Source of the DNA: Aplysia californica
Taxonomy: Eukaryota
Direction of reading: 5' to 3'
Length of the DNA: 64,000 nt
Assembly (NCBI RefSeq): GCF_000002075.1
Contig: NW_004797398.1
Span: 373,956 to 437,955, forward strand
In this document: piece by piece, positions 11,912 through 26,600 of the stretch
Numbering within the stretch: the first letter of the stretch is position 1
Layout of the letters: every line of letters begins with the position of its first letter
The notes under the pieces: generated by a model
What the model was told of the DNA's origin: nothing
Database searches by the model: none
What the model saw: the letters and a program-made list of their open reading frames with translations, nothing else
Translations under genes and position numbers: made by a program

Positions 11912-14900
11912 GGTTCCTACAAATTAAGTGCATATTATATATATATATATATATATATAATTTGATAATTGTGATACATTTTCAGACTGTCATTTTTGCT
12001 TTTCCTTTATTTAACTATTTGAATTTTAATCTGATCTGACTAATAAGTATCTGCATAGACTGAAAATGTTTGCTTTTCTTGGTTTACTCAGGTTGATGGT
12101 GTGTTCTAGATTGTTATGTTGTTGCTGCTATCAGAATATTTTTTGTATTGGTTAGGTTATTATTTGCAATATGACAGTGCATCTGGTGAAATGCATTTTG
12201 CTTATGAAATTAATGTGTTCATATACAATTCAAAATGAGGCTTTGGTTGTTTTTATGAAATATTTGAAATGAGGCTTCTGTTTACTGATGATACAGTAAG
12301 GTCATTGAATATGAGTTTTGTGTCAACATTTTATTTAGCATTTTGAAAAGAAGCCACAGATATGATAAAGTCTACAGACATGAGTAGAAATCTATGTTTG
12401 TACTCAAAGTTACTTTTATCTTCTTCATCATTTTGACTGAATAAAAATGCTAGTCATTGAGGCATGTTTTCTGTTTGTAATCTTGTCTTCATCAAGATCA
12501 TTTTAACATCATGAGCAACGTTAAAATATTGAAAATAATCAAATGTAATGGATTTAAAATTATGTTAAAAAATGAGTAGGAAGTGATATTTATTGATAAG
12601 TTTTACCCTCTGATGTCAGTAAGATAATTAGGTTGGTACTCTTGTAATATATGAATTTGACTAAAGCTCAGAAGACCACAGTTTTCATTCTTTTTTTTTT
12701 TCTTTCGCTTTTGATGTTGATAATTAGTAGCATTAGGAGTGCAATAATTGAATCGAAACAAATTTTTGTCAATGTTCATGAAACGATTTTGCTGGAACTT
12801 TGATTATACCTTACTGTACAAATTTAGCAAGACTCTAAATTGCTTGCTGGGCAATTTTCATTAAAACTTGAACTTTTCTTAATATTTGCATCAAATTTTA
12901 GATTTCAACCAAACAACTTAAAAATGTACCCAGCACATCTTTGACATGTGTAGTTTTGATATCTCTACACAGCTGTGTCAAGAGCTTGTTTGGTTTATTT
13001 TGCGGAATGATCTCAGCAGTCAGTTATTTGCTATTGTTTTACTGGTCTGTATGTTGGTAACCTTTTAATGTTAACATCAAAATCCTCGTACCTGCAAGCA
13101 TTTTTAATCACAAGTTCTGCATATTTCAAACTTCTCATCTGCCCTAGTATTTGAGAAATATTAACTTCAATTTTCACTTTTTTTTTGGGGGGGGAGGGGG
13201 GGGGGGTCTACCAATGCTTTTCTTGTTTCGACTGTTTATGCCTCTCATCACTGTGTGCATTTATATCGCAAATATCTCTACAAATTACAAACATCACCAG
13301 TGTAATCCTCACACCATTTGTTTCCTTTATGGGTTTAATTTTACTTTTTGTATTGGTTTTGGTGGGGGGGGGGGGGAGATTGGTTTTGACATTTTTAAGA
13401 GATCTCCTTTTTCTTCTGTCAATAATCTGTGCTGAATATGATTACTATACTCTGCAAATCATAAACCATGTCCATTCCACATCTTTCTTTTCTGTCATGT
13501 CGATGTTAATGGGGACATATTAGAAAACATTAGCAAAAGGTCCTTTTTAAAGATTTTTTCAAGTGTTACAACCTTGTTATCATGACAGGTTAGAATTTTA
13601 CTTGTCTTTAAGTATTGGTAAAAGCCAAAGATTTTTTTATTTTCTCTTCACCCACATCGCCCTTTTTGAATGGTTTATGTTCTTTTTTCCCTACTTTTTG
13701 GATAACTTTACTGTTTGGGGCAATAAATGATAACAATGAGACGTCGTAACACACAACAGATGAACTGCACCATTCTGATGTAACACATGTGGCCTTGAAA
13801 AAAGCGATTGTGAAATGCTGACCTTTTGTGTAATGTGTATTTAATACGTAGTATGTCTTTTGTACAGTTATTTTCTTTGTGCACAAGGTATTACTAGCTG
13901 TTCGAAGAGTAGTTCTGCCTAAGGTATTATTAGCTATTCAGAGAGTGATTGTGCTCCTTACTCTACCACAAGTATTGATGCCTCAATGCCTAGACTTTAC
14001 TCTGTAGATTTTTTTTTGCACTCCTGTGGAAGGAGTAATCAAAGAGCATTTCCTGCTGAGATCTAATATATTTCGTTTTAGAAATAACACGCCAGTTTGT
14101 TGTGCGATTTTGTAATATTATGTCCTGATTTCTATATGGTACGCATTTCAGGGGACCCAGTGATTTGAAATAGTAGGCTACTTTTAGTGTATATTAGGTG
14201 TTCTTTCTTTTATGAATCTGTGTCATTCCAAGGGAGTGAATGGAAGAACTGCAACTTGTCTTACAGAGTATTTCCTTTACATAGATTTTGTCAGGGCAAT
14301 TGTTTCTTGGAGAAATGTTAACCTCTTTCCATTCCACGATATTGTGTACTGTAGATGCTGATTTGTTGGCTTTTGTTGGATAGCCACGGGACCAAGGATC
14401 TCCTTTATTCCAATGAACATAAAAAGTATATCTTGTAAAATACTTGTATGCCTCTCATTCAGTACTATAAGATGTTTTTTGTCTTTTTCATTTATCAGTA
14501 TCAGCTTTTTTAGGGTGAATATGCCACAACGCTAAATGTTTCAAGAGAGCAGTTATCTGTTCATGTGTTTTGAGACTTGATTGGCAATCTTTGTTTTTCA
14601 ACTAAATTAAGTGGAGCAATTTTTTCTGTATTTTTTAAATCGAATCATCAGAAGTCTCCTATTCAAAATGCTAATTGTATGGCTTTGAAAAACTACACCT
14701 TTGAGTGTATACAAATTATCAGCTTGTGTTCCATAATAATGAAAAGCAGGCTAGTGGAAATGTTAGTTATTAATGGTAGACAAATAATATATACATTTGT
14801 ATACTTTTATTGTTTAGTTCTCTACTGCTGTCAGTGTTTTACAATCCTCTTTAATTTGAGCAAGTACAGACTGCATGTGCCTATGATATAAATGACATGA

Positions 14901-15848
14901 CGAAAAAAATTGTAGGGCTTTTTCTCTACATTTCCATGTTTGTTTGTTTTTTGTTATCTATTCTGTTGTTTCTTCTTGTGGCCAAATTTGATGAAGTCTG
15001 TAGGACTGAAGGAGCTAGACATTCGTGTCGTTATGATTTTGCATCACTCCCCATATGTTGGTCGGACAATTATTTATTAAGTCTCATTTCTACAGTAGGT
15101 TTTTCTTGTTATTTTTGTTGCCCATAGATCTGAAAAGTGTTCCAGGCATTGCCATGTGAAAAATGTGGTTTTTAATGATGCGAAGTGAGACTTCCGGATT
15201 TTTCTTTTACGTTTGTCACGTCAAATGAAATTTGTGTGATTCATTTATTACTATATGAATGAAACAAATTTCAACCTAGATTATTTTTCATTTCACAGTG
15301 ATCAGTGTGTAGGCTACTGTAAAGTAGGCTACAAGATCCATGCAACGATTGAAATGATTTTGTGTGTGCTGATGTAAAGACTTTTCATTATTTGGTAAAA
15401 CATAGCTAATAATATTTCACGCCTATTGTTTGTTGGGACAGTGATGTATATGGAAATAAGTTTCTTTTGTGCAATAAAACTTCAATTTTCAGCTATTTTG
15501 ATATTCCTCCCATTATCCTGTTTTCTTGTTTACTGTGACGAGGAGGTGAGGCCTTACTGCACCAGGCTACTTTTAACTCTAGCTTTCCTCCGGCCCAGGT
15601 AACAATACTGGTGACTCATCAGGCCCAGTCAATACCGTGTCCACAATTTTGTGCCAACATAAAAAAAAAATTGACTGATTTTGTTAGAAGTTTTAATAGA
15701 AGATAACATGTTGAATATTTTTTTAGAGAGAGTAAGATAGAATATGGTAAAACAATGGGACAAGTTTTGAGATGTCTGGCACCCTTTGAGGGGAAAAAAT
15801 ATTATATATATTTTGGGCCTGGAGGAATGAGAAGTTGTGAAGGAAATA

Positions 15849-16319
15849 CAGTAGGTGTCGCATTCAACGAGAAGTCGGCTCCAACGAGGCAATCCTTAAT
15901 CCCCCGTATTTTCCCTCTCTATCTCTTTGTAAATGAACGTCAGCTCCAACGAGGTTCATAACGAGCAAAGTCGCTTTTAACGAGGTTGCGATAACCAAAT
16001 AAAAACAATTAGCGGCGCCAAAAGCAAAGAATTTTTCTCCTTTCTCTCGATCTCAGGCAAAACACAAGGCCCATCCTCCATTCCTAACACATTGTATTGC
16101 TAGATCTAGTGTGCCTCGCTCAACACGCGCACACTTATGCTGTTTGAGATTTTTGTCATCAGGGAGAATAACTGTTGGAATTACTGGTATTGGCACATCG
16201 TATAGTATAATAACTAGTCCCCTTTCTTTTCTTTAGCCTTAGTCACGTTCAACGAGAGGTCGGATCCAACGAGGACAACAAGCCTGTCCCGGCAACCTTG
16301 TTGAATGCGACACCCACTG
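15849..16319. mobile_element. Tigger/pogo-type MITE
   Basis: TA|CAGTAGGTGTCGCATTCAAC..GTTGAATGCGACACCCACTG|TA; internal CCAACGAGG repeats. Confidence 0.8.
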
Positions 16320-17928
16320 TATATGTGACTGGGGCTGTAAAGGTTAATATAATACATTTCTTGTTTATGTACATGATGTACTTTTATATTTCCGATTTTC
16401 TGTTTCCTTTTATTTGCTCCTGATGCAAATGCCATATAACGTATCTACTATTTGCCTTGATTTTTCAGTGCCATTTGCTGCTTGTTGTAACATTAGCATA
16501 ACCTTGTAATACATGCCATGCATAATTTATTCACAGCTATTTTGTCTGTTCTTAAGTTTACAAAAGAGGAAAAGAAGATGTGCATGTTGAAAATCTTTCA
16601 GCTATTATTGAAGTTTGACAATTTTAGCCAGTATCTTTTGCTGTTTCTATTTTTACTTTTCTTAGATGTCCATAATATAGTCTCACAGCTGTCTTTTACT
16701 TCTAGAGAAGACCATTGCTGTGTGTGGTTGTGGTGTGGGGGGGGGGGGGGGGGGGGGTGTCAGTGTATGGAGGTTTCCATGCAAATGTTGAGAGTTAAAC
16801 TTAACCTTTAAAATATTTTTTTTTCTGATTAATCCACATAAAGTACAGAAGATCCCTTGAGATAAGTTCAAGGGACAGGTTTAAAAAAAGGTGACTGAAC
16901 TATAAAAACTTAGTATGGTTGATGAAACAAAGCATTAAAAGCACTAACAATTCTTTTCAATTTTTCTAGAATTTAATTAAAAAGTGGACTGTCATGTAAA
17001 ATGTAATAAGCAGAAGGTTCACAATCTTTTGTGCTCCATCAGGAAGCAGTTTATTGTAAACGAATTGATACTGCATAGCTGCCAACTTTTCAAAACCAAA
17101 ATACAGACTTTACACATGCAGCAGATCTAGATGGTTAGCACTGGCGAAGTAACACCGCCCCCCCCTTCTCAAATACACGTTTCTGCTTTCAATAAATTCA
17201 AGCATTCCAAAGAAGACCTGCAGTCTACAGCCTCCAATTGATGCAAAGGCTTCATAATCATTATTAGCAAATGCAGTCTTAATTTAAAGATCTTAGTTTT
17301 TCTTCCACATCAGCAAGTCTGTGTGGAGCAATATTAGAAAACAGAGAATACGTAATTTCCTATCCTGTACAAAAAAAAAGGATTTCCATGCGCAGACCTT
17401 AAGGGACAACTTATCAAATGAATGCGTTTTTCATACCGATTGATTGGCAGCTATGATACTGCTGGGAGTGATGAAAGACTGTCCTAGGATGTGGGTACGT
17501 TTTCTTTCCATCTCATATTTGAAAATATTTCTCTCTGTGATGTGGCCGTTTCCCATTACTGAAATACCCTTTGATTATGTCTAGATGTCTCAAATTGTTT
17601 GTGTGGCACTGTGACTCTATACTATAATGCTCTTCCACACAAACTGATTAAATGTCTTTTTGAAGGTAAATAATATTGTTTTCTGAAACACACAAACAAA
17701 TCTCTGGAAAAGAAGAAACCTACAGCTTTCTTTTCCACACACATCAGTATTAGCTAGTGCTGTGTGATGTGAGCATAACCTGATGTGCCCAATAAACAAG
17801 TTCCTGTGAGAGCAACATATTTTGCTTTTTCAATTAAAAAATAATTTGTATTTATTTTATTCATCAATATATATATTTTATTGAACAAAAATATTTAATA
17901 TTATTCAGTCTTCAATTTGATCTAAATA

Positions 17929-18507
17929 CAGTCGGGCACAGATTACATGAACACGGAAAACTCGACTGATAGCTTGTACAATTTGCTATTCCGTAACTGA
18001 TATCTCTTCAATTTTTTATCATACACAGTTAACGCCATTACAGATGTATCACCCCCCGGGGCGGTGCCACTGACTGAAGTGTCTTTAGGCCATTCCCAAA
18101 GGGGAGACATTTCTCGTTCATGCACAGTAGAATTGTAAATGGGCTGATTCATCAATGTCACGCTCATAACTGCCTGATCTACAGCAGGGAACTGCTGCTT
18201 TATCTTTCCTAACCCTTACTATTGTCATTTTTCCTCTACTTCTTTTGTATGTTTGTAACACTCTTGTGACCTACTGTTTCCGGGGTACCTTGATAGTCGA
18301 AGCAGACTTTGTGCTGTTGAAGCTAGAGAGGTGAGCAGAGTAAGTCTGATGCCCTGTAAGGACTTTTCTGTTGACATCCACGCCTTGGCGCTCATATGAC
18401 CTTATGCAGTTTCGAGCGCCATAAAACCTCTTATGTACTAAAACTAAACAGATGTATCAAATCAATTTGTCAATCCTGGATGTGTCAGAGTTATCCGTGC
18501 CGACTGT
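17929..18507. mobile_element. Tigger-type MITE (related to 10754-10879) interrupted by a retroposon
   Basis: TA|CAGTCGGGCAC..GTGCCGACTG|TA; shares GATAGCT.GTACAATTTGCTATTC with the 10.8 kb copy. Confidence 0.7.
18052..18447 (+). mobile_element. Retroposon 3' fragment (LINE 3' UTR or derived SINE) with 12-bp TSD
   Basis: TSD ACAGATGTATCA at 18040-18051 and 18448-18459. 3' hairpin GGCGCTC..GACCTTATGCAGTTTCGAGCGCC followed by a TAAAAC/ACTAAA tail. Homologous copy at about 45735-46125 and a partial copy at 46697-46840. Confidence 0.8.
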
Positions 18508-18552
18508 ATGCATATATATATATTTAATTGCACATCACTTTCGTCCACTTAA

Positions 18553-19444
18553 CCCCTTCTTTGCCAGGGAACGTGCATTCCTACTGTCACCACCGATTTT
18601 CAGCTGAGCTCAAAAGCCAGGACAGCAGTCGCATGCATCAGTGCTAGTGAACTCGCTGTCTAGATCTAGCCCACTCATGACATATATTCAGACCCCAGGT
18701 TTTTGATAGTGTCACCTTCCTCATCCCCTGCATATTTTAAATTCCCAAATACAAATCAACGCTATGCTTGTGGCCAATTCTCCGTACAAAAGAATTAAAG
18801 ACTGATGATTAGCAGGACGTACATGTAAATGTAACATTATATGAGAAGCGTGCTGACAAAATTACTTCTTGGATTCAAGGCGTAAGGAAATTATACATCA
18901 CGCTTAAAGTTGAAGTGTTTACAATTTATAAATATGAAATAATGAAAGACAGGTTATAGTTACAGAATATGGCATAAATAAAAAAAACTACAAATGTGAC
19001 TCTAATTCTAATGTCGATTTTTGGCCAATATCTCCATTATATGTAGACTGTGAGAAGCAACTCATTTTGTCAGTACGCCTCACATACGGTTGCTTTTAAG
19101 CACAAGGGGGCTCTCCCGAAATATGCCGTTTTGAAAAAATCTAAGGTAAACTTGTTGCCCCTTGTTCAGTTTCTGTAAAAGACAAGGAGAATTTTCTCTT
19201 TAACTTTAACCAAACAAATATACACAGCAATGAAACCAAACTTCTCCTATATGTAGGGCAATGCCCACTTTTGGTGTTGGTCAAGATTTCTGGAAACCCA
19301 CCAAAATCTGGGTAAGCCCGCTTGTCCTTAAAAGCAACCATATAAACAACCAGGGAGGGAAAATTTTGCCAACTTCCGTAGTACAGCGCAAGGCTAAAAA
19401 ACCTGTTCCAGATGTACCAGGTATATCATGAGGCAATGAAGGGG
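18553..19444. mobile_element. piggyBac-type MITE with TTAA TSD
   Basis: TTAA|CCCCTTCTTTGCC..GGCAATGAAGGGG|TTAA. Confidence 0.8.
19088..19339. mobile_element. About 250-bp MITE nested in the piggyBac-type element; sister copy at 20821-21073
   Basis: TIR GGTYGCTTTTAAG.ACAAG; 4-bp AT-rich flanks (AATT/AATT at the second copy); the two copies align end to end. Confidence 0.8.
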
Positions 19445-20647
19445 TTAACAAGCAGTTTGGTCAGAAGTCCTTGCTGATTTTGACTTTTTCTGTCCTACCT
19501 TTCACATATTTCTCGCTTTCTTTTTTTTCTCCCCAGCATGACTGACATTTTACTCTCGGTATGTCAATGTGCTTTGAGGTGATTCTATTAAATTGTCCTG
19601 ATTTTTTGCAAAATTTATTCAGCTTTGACTTTGATACAATACCTCAACTGCATAAGTGATTGTAAAAGCCACCCAGTTTTAGTATGCTCAAGAGTGCAGC
19701 ATTGCTCCACACCATAAATTAGGGCTTGTTTAACGGATTGTGGTCTGATTTTCCATAGAACTTTACTGTTGAAATAGCTATGAAATTGATTTTACAAGAA
19801 GAAAGAAATTTGTACTTGTGCAAACATGTAAGAGTTATAATAGATATATATATATAGACACTAAAATGATGTACTATTTCTCATGTTTTGTGTTTGCATT
19901 GCTCAATTGATGGGAAGGGTATTGCTGGCTTTACACATACCAAAACAACTTACTCATGGTAAGTTTGTCAGTCATTTGATTCACTGCTATAATAACATGT
20001 AAACCTTTTGATGCATCTTTAATTCTTTGAATAAAAAGATATTTGATCCAAACATCTTAGCGTACCTTTCTTGTCATCAATGTCATAGCAGTAGATGGTA
20101 ACAGCTCTGGCCATGGGAGAGGCAACAAATTACTCTGCTGTTTTCTGTGACTGTATCGTATTGTACCACAAATCTGCATAGGCTTGCAAAAGAATGTTTA
20201 AACTCTTGGTTGCTTTCCTTATCAATAAAAATATATATACAGTCGACTATGGATGAGTCGGGGAGTGAAAAAAATCAACTTATCTGAAGTTCAACTAACT
20301 GTTGCAATCTGTAATAAGTGTTAGGAAGAAGTGCTTGGACCATAGAAAAAGATCAACTTAACTAAAGATCAACTCAAGCAGAGTCAACTGTATTGTTTTA
20401 TTACATGATGGCCCATTGGTTAACCTGTAAGACCACACTTTTGTCAACAAGAGCAATAGCATGAACTATCAATTCATTCATGCTCTTTGATACACTCATA
20501 ATGCATGACATGAAGATAAAATGGAACAAAACGTAAGTGAAAAGTTTCACATTTTATTAATTTATCGGTGACATAGTTTCAGTAAGCCAGAAAAATGCAT
20601 ACATAGCAACAGACATTCATCTACATTTCCATCAATAAAACAAAATG

Positions 20648-23600
20648 TTACTGATCCATGTCTTCTTCTCCAGAGCTCTCGATCTCCAGATTTCCAACAG
20701 TTCCATTCTCTGTCTCCTCTGCATCATCTGTAGAACAACATTTTGTCAAGTGAGCTTGTAAAATAATTGACTTATTAACTTTTATTTTTCACAACTTTTT
20801 CTTCATTATTCATAACAATTGGTCGCTTTTAAGCACAAGGGGGCTATCCCGAAAAATGCTGTTTTGAGAAAATCGAAGGTAAAGTTTTTGGACCACTGTT
20901 CAGTTTCTTTAAAAGTAAAAGACAAGGAGACTTTTCTCTATAACCAAACAAATATACACAGCAATGAAACCAAACTTCTCTTATAGGTATGGCAATGCCC
21001 ACTTTTGGTGTAGGTTAAGGTTTCTGGAAACCCCCAAAATATGGGTTAGCCCGCTTGTCCTTAAAAAGTGACCAATTGTTTTCAGATATCAATTAGCAAT
21101 TTTTATTCATGAGCACAATTTATTGTAAAAATAGAACTAATGAGTTTGACACTCAGTCTAAAAATACTCCTGCTATTCTTTGGCCATTCATATCAAAGAA
21201 AATGGCACAATTTGATACAGTAATGTAAAAAAAAAAATAGAGAGAAAATATTAGCATTTTAATATTAATTGAGAGACTAAGTAGAGGCTAATAATAACTC
21301 TACAAGTGAGTTTGCCCAAAACTGCTTTTTGAAAGAAAGAAAAAAATGGATTTAATTAAAGTAAAAGAGATTGTAAGGATGAAATTTACTAACTGGAAAA
21401 TATAGCTACATGCAGGATCTAAAATCAATTAGACCTGTGCAACTCAAATTTTATTTCAATTCAAAAGCTAAACACATAATAAGTTTGATCTAGCAGATGT
21501 AGGCTCTCTGACTGCTAGACAGGGAATCTAGAGGCTTCATCGCCAGCCACAAAAGTCTACAGAGCGTATCGCTGCCCATTCACCTTGCCGCGAGCGCGTT
21601 CACTAAACTGCCTACCTAAAGACTCACTTAACAAACAGACAAAGTAGTAAAGGAGTGGGAATTGAGTCAATATATAGTTCTTTACCTGAGTGAGGCAAAG
21701 ACTAAGAGATTTTTTAATGGGAAAGAAAAACACATTTTTTCTGATGAACTGTAAGAAGGAGAGGTCTACTTCAAGCAACTTGTCAAGAAACCTTTACAAC
21801 CATATGTTTTTACGGACTTGTGGCACTCAGGACTTTCACAACATAGCTCAGAAAAACAAGTTGCCAGATCTGTATACTACTGGCATTATTTTGTCTTTGT
21901 AAATGAGAGTACAGTGGAACTTGGATCCAACGAAAACTGAGATTGAACAAAAGAAGTTGGATTCCCCAGCTAGTGGTCAATGTTACAACGATAAGCTAGT
22001 CTTGACAAAGATCTACATATAAGAAATTGCGCGCTGGACTGAGGAATCAAACATTGCTGTATGCTAAGCTCTGCACAGCAACATAACTTGTTCGGCAAAC
22101 AGCATGCTATGTACGATAGATGACACAGGCATGCATTTGAACGAATTGGGCCTTTTTACACAGTGTGTGTTTGGCAGAGTTCAGAGTATTTTCCTAGAAT
22201 TGTCCAGCATTTCTTCGGTAAGGCATCAAAGAAACAAAAACGCCTCTTATCTGAAACCAAACTACTTTTCTTTCAGAATGTCGAACACATTATACATTAT
22301 TTGCTCGGAGCCTGTAATTATCTCCACAACAACCTGAAGTAAAGAACACTCAGATTCAACGAAATTGAAGGTTAAATAGCTCTTTACCTGAGTGAGGCTA
22401 AGATTAAGAGATTTTTTAAAGGAAAAAAAACCACCTATTTTTTCTAATGAACTGTAAGAAGGAGAGGTCTACATCAAGAAACTTGTCAAGAAACCTTTAC
22501 AACCATATGACGACGACTTCGTTGAATCAGAGTTCCACTGTATAAAAACAAGCAAGAAATCAAGGGACACTTCAGGAAACTAATTAAAGACTTTTTTGTT
22601 CATTAAAAAAATTAATTCTTACCAGGCCCAAGTTCTTGGATCAGTTCATCAATGTGACCAAGTAATTCAGCATCTTCATATTTCACTTTCACATAAACCT
22701 GGGGGTGTAAAAAAACATTCACATTTTTTTACAGCTCACTGACAAATGTATCACCAGCCCCGTTTACCGCCAGGTTTGGCCAATGTACGAAAAGAGACAC
22801 CTATATAAACATAATATTTTTGCCTTTACATCGCCATCCGCCTGAATTGGACCGTCCTCATTAAACTGAAGCAAATTCCCTCCCGTTGTACCGCCAGCGA
22901 ATTGACCGCCAATGGTACACATAACACACGGCACTCACTGGTTGGTTACTTGATAATCTCCCCCCCCACAAGAAAGACATAGAGATAGAGAAGACAATCC
23001 GCTCTGAATACATGTGCATGTACATGTATAGCACCAACAAAAAGACACTTTTCAAACTCAAACCGTACAACAGAATCATGTTCCTTGATGATGGGCAGCA
23101 GGGGCTATAAAACAGAGGAACCCTGTTGAAAGACCAGCCCCGCTGTTCCACCAACTTTATGCTCGTCCTAAGTATAAATATATTATATAACTTATATAAC
23201 TTCAATATTATTATATTGAAGGCCATTCTGAAAAAGACAACACTGTTATTAGTTAACAGAAAGATTCAGACTGGTATACAAAAAGAAATCACCACTCCCA
23301 GGAGGAAGCTTTTAAATTTAAGCACCTCAAGCCCACACAAATCTTTTGAAATACTGAAATATTGCAAACCATCATAACAACACCTACCAAGGTTAAATAC
23401 CCAGTACATGCTACTTACTTCTTTTGCTTTCTGGAGATAATGTCTAGAATTGCTGTAGTACTCCTTTCCATGCAAATAGTTAGCCCAGCCTAGCAAGTAC
23501 CATACATCGGGTACTTCATCATCTTCATCAAGTAATGTTTCCAGAACTTCAGTAGCCTCCTGATGAACAAAAATAAAATTTTAAAAATAAATATGTACAA

Positions 23601-26600
23601 AATCAAGAATCAATGATGATAAAACATCCAAGTACAAAATACATAGCATGCAACATGAGGCTCGGTTGTACTCATCATGCCCAAAAGTGAACATCTCTGA
23701 ACCAGGTAAATGGTTTAACGTAAGGAAGCTTGTAGACTAGACACACTGAACATTCAAAAATGGAACTTACAGTGTTTGAGGGCAACAATGTCAGGTGCTA
23801 TTAAGCAATATTTCTTCAGACTACCGTCCCATTTTCCAATATACCTAGCTTACTTTGATCTCTGAACTCAACAACACACCTACAGTCCAGTTTGCTGAAA
23901 CCAAACAGTTAATTCGAACAGTAGTAAACCAAAAGAAAAGAAAATTCACATTTTTTTCCTTCTATTTCGGCAACCTCTCTAACCAGAAAACCCAGGTATA
24001 CCAAGGAAAATCTGGCGATCATTCAGATTTCAATTCAAGCGGACTCCACTGTATATTATTTAATTTTGAATTGGCTGAAAAAATGCAAAACTAAAAAGAA
24101 CATTGGGAGGGGGGGGGGGATTTTTTTTCTTTTTCTTTTCCTGTGCTAGAGAACAATAGGAGCCCATCATTCTTCAACCCAGTGCGCAGCTAAAAAAAAT
24201 GATACTTTTTCGAGAAATTAGCTTTCCAAAGTATCTATCATTGCCTTTTGATAACAGCTTTGTTGAATAGACATTTTTATATTAAGAAGTCACATCTGCT
24301 GTGGACATGACTCTGCTATAATCAGAAGTATAAAATTTCTACTTTTCATTAAATTACCTCATACTCCTCCATTTCTATCAATATTTTCCCACTCTGAACA
24401 CGTGCAGTATATGGTACCGAGCAGACCTGCAATAAAAACAAAACACTACAATGTCAAATGCTGTATCTATTATTTTCAAAGAACATTCAAAGCAAGGTTT
24501 TGAACATTTTCCTCTCTTCATAATCTACTCCAAGTTCACAACCTCCTCATTCTCAAATTCAACTTTAACATAAAAACGTGTACATGCATACACAAACACA
24601 CACATACTCAGTAACATGTGGGCACACACATATCTGAAGAAAGTAAAGATTTCCAGAGAGATGCTAAACAAACTAAAAGTACTTGCAAAATGACTAGCTT
24701 TCACAGACTTGGGGCCAGGTCACTGATCTGATATGATGGATTAAAAATTCACAATGTTCTGCTCAGTAAATAAAAAGTAGGCTATTTATTCACAGGTGTT
24801 TTCTATAAAAACATATCAAAGGTTTCATCATACCAGCTGATAGAAAGAAACACAGATGTATATGAACAGAAGGAGAGATCAGCAACACGATCTAATTAAC
24901 TGTATCCAAATGGCAATATAAAAGATACAGTATAGCATCAGGGTATTTCATACCCCCCCCCCCCAACATCTCTAATAATACATTGGTTAAAAACCCCAGA
25001 ATAACGAATTCAAATCAATTCTCACGATAAAATGGGTTCCTGATTCATAAATGAATGGATATGAACACATGAGCACTGGAGGTACAGGTAAGTCCATTAA
25101 CGCTTCACAAATAAAAATCCAGGCAGCATCCTTATAAACATTGTCAGCAGTCAAACTATGAGACAAACGGGCTAAATTGTATCAACAGTCGAGCCACTGT
25201 GAACAAAAAGTAACAGAAAGAGTGCCCTAATAAAGAAAATTAACAACAGCTGACATGCATAGGGCTCAATATCACCTCATTCCTAAGGAGAAGATGAAGC
25301 TGTTAGTCTTAAAAAACCTTTGCAACCTATTACCTCAACAGGATCAAATTCCTCTTCTGGAAGTTCCCCCGTGTCTACAGCTTGAAGCTTTGGCAACCAT
25401 AACGACACACTTTTCTTCATTGCCGCCTTTGCTTCCTGAGGAATACATTCCGTAGTTTTGTTAGAATTCATTCAAAGTAAGATATATTTCTTCTTTTGAT
25501 TCTAGAAAAAATGAAATGATGTGGTTCAGCACATTAAAAGAAAAACTAATGATATCTACACAGTATGGTAAATTACTGTCATACTCCACATACTTCTGCA
25601 TCTCACTTTCTTACAATAAATGCCATTATACAAGGTGTCCAAAACGTTGCATACCATCCAGAAACACACTTATTGTTACAGATACTCAAATTGAGCACCA
25701 TTTTCATTTATACAACTCTCTACTCTGGACGGGCCGGGCCGGGCCTGTAGAGTGGCCACCACGATCACCAGATCTTACTCCACTTGACTTTTTCTTATGC
25801 GGACATCTAAAATCTGTTGTGTACACGAAACGTCCACGCTGTCTTGACGAATTGAGACATGCAATCACAAAAGAGAGTCACAGCAACATCCATCCAGATA
25901 CCCTTAGGAAAGTTAAAAACAGCTTTTTGCGGAGAGTAGAGAGTTGTATTAATGAAAATAGTGCCCATTTTGAGCATCTGTAACAATAAGTGTGTGTCAG
26001 GATGGCGCGCAACGTTTTGGACACCCTGTATATTGAAGCACAAAATATAAATACCAGCATATCAATACAAACAGCCTGTCTCTGTAGAGTATGCCAACTG
26101 TCAGACCCATAACTGGATATTCATAGACCTACACAGATCATGAGATATGAGAACAATCATAACAAATGAAAATTATATGTCACAATGAAATATCAACATG
26201 TACATAATGAAAACATAAAAGGTAGATAAATATATATACAACTTCAAAACAACTACATGTATTTCACCTCTTTTTCATTCTTTGACATCAAAAAGCTGGC
26301 CTTCACTTGCCATGCCTCAGCATTGTCTGGATCTGATGCTATTGCTTTTTCCACAAATTCTTTGCACTTCTCCTCTGCTTGATCATCAAAGCTGGAAGAA
26401 AAAATGGGTCATAAGACAAAACTCTGAACAAGCATGGTTGAAAATATTAGTGTTAGTATTGAAATATTTTACTGCACTTGAATTTGAAATTTAAAAAAAA
26501 GCACAAAGAATCCACGACGACCAATATTTGCAATTTATTCAATAACAATTTACATGGTTTAAAAGATTTGTTTACTTTAAACATTTCTGAATTCTTTGAC

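Noticed and set aside
23613-23700. C/D-box snoRNA-like ATGATGA..CTGA
   Set aside because: On the strand opposite to the host gene, with no terminal stem or recognisable rRNA guide.
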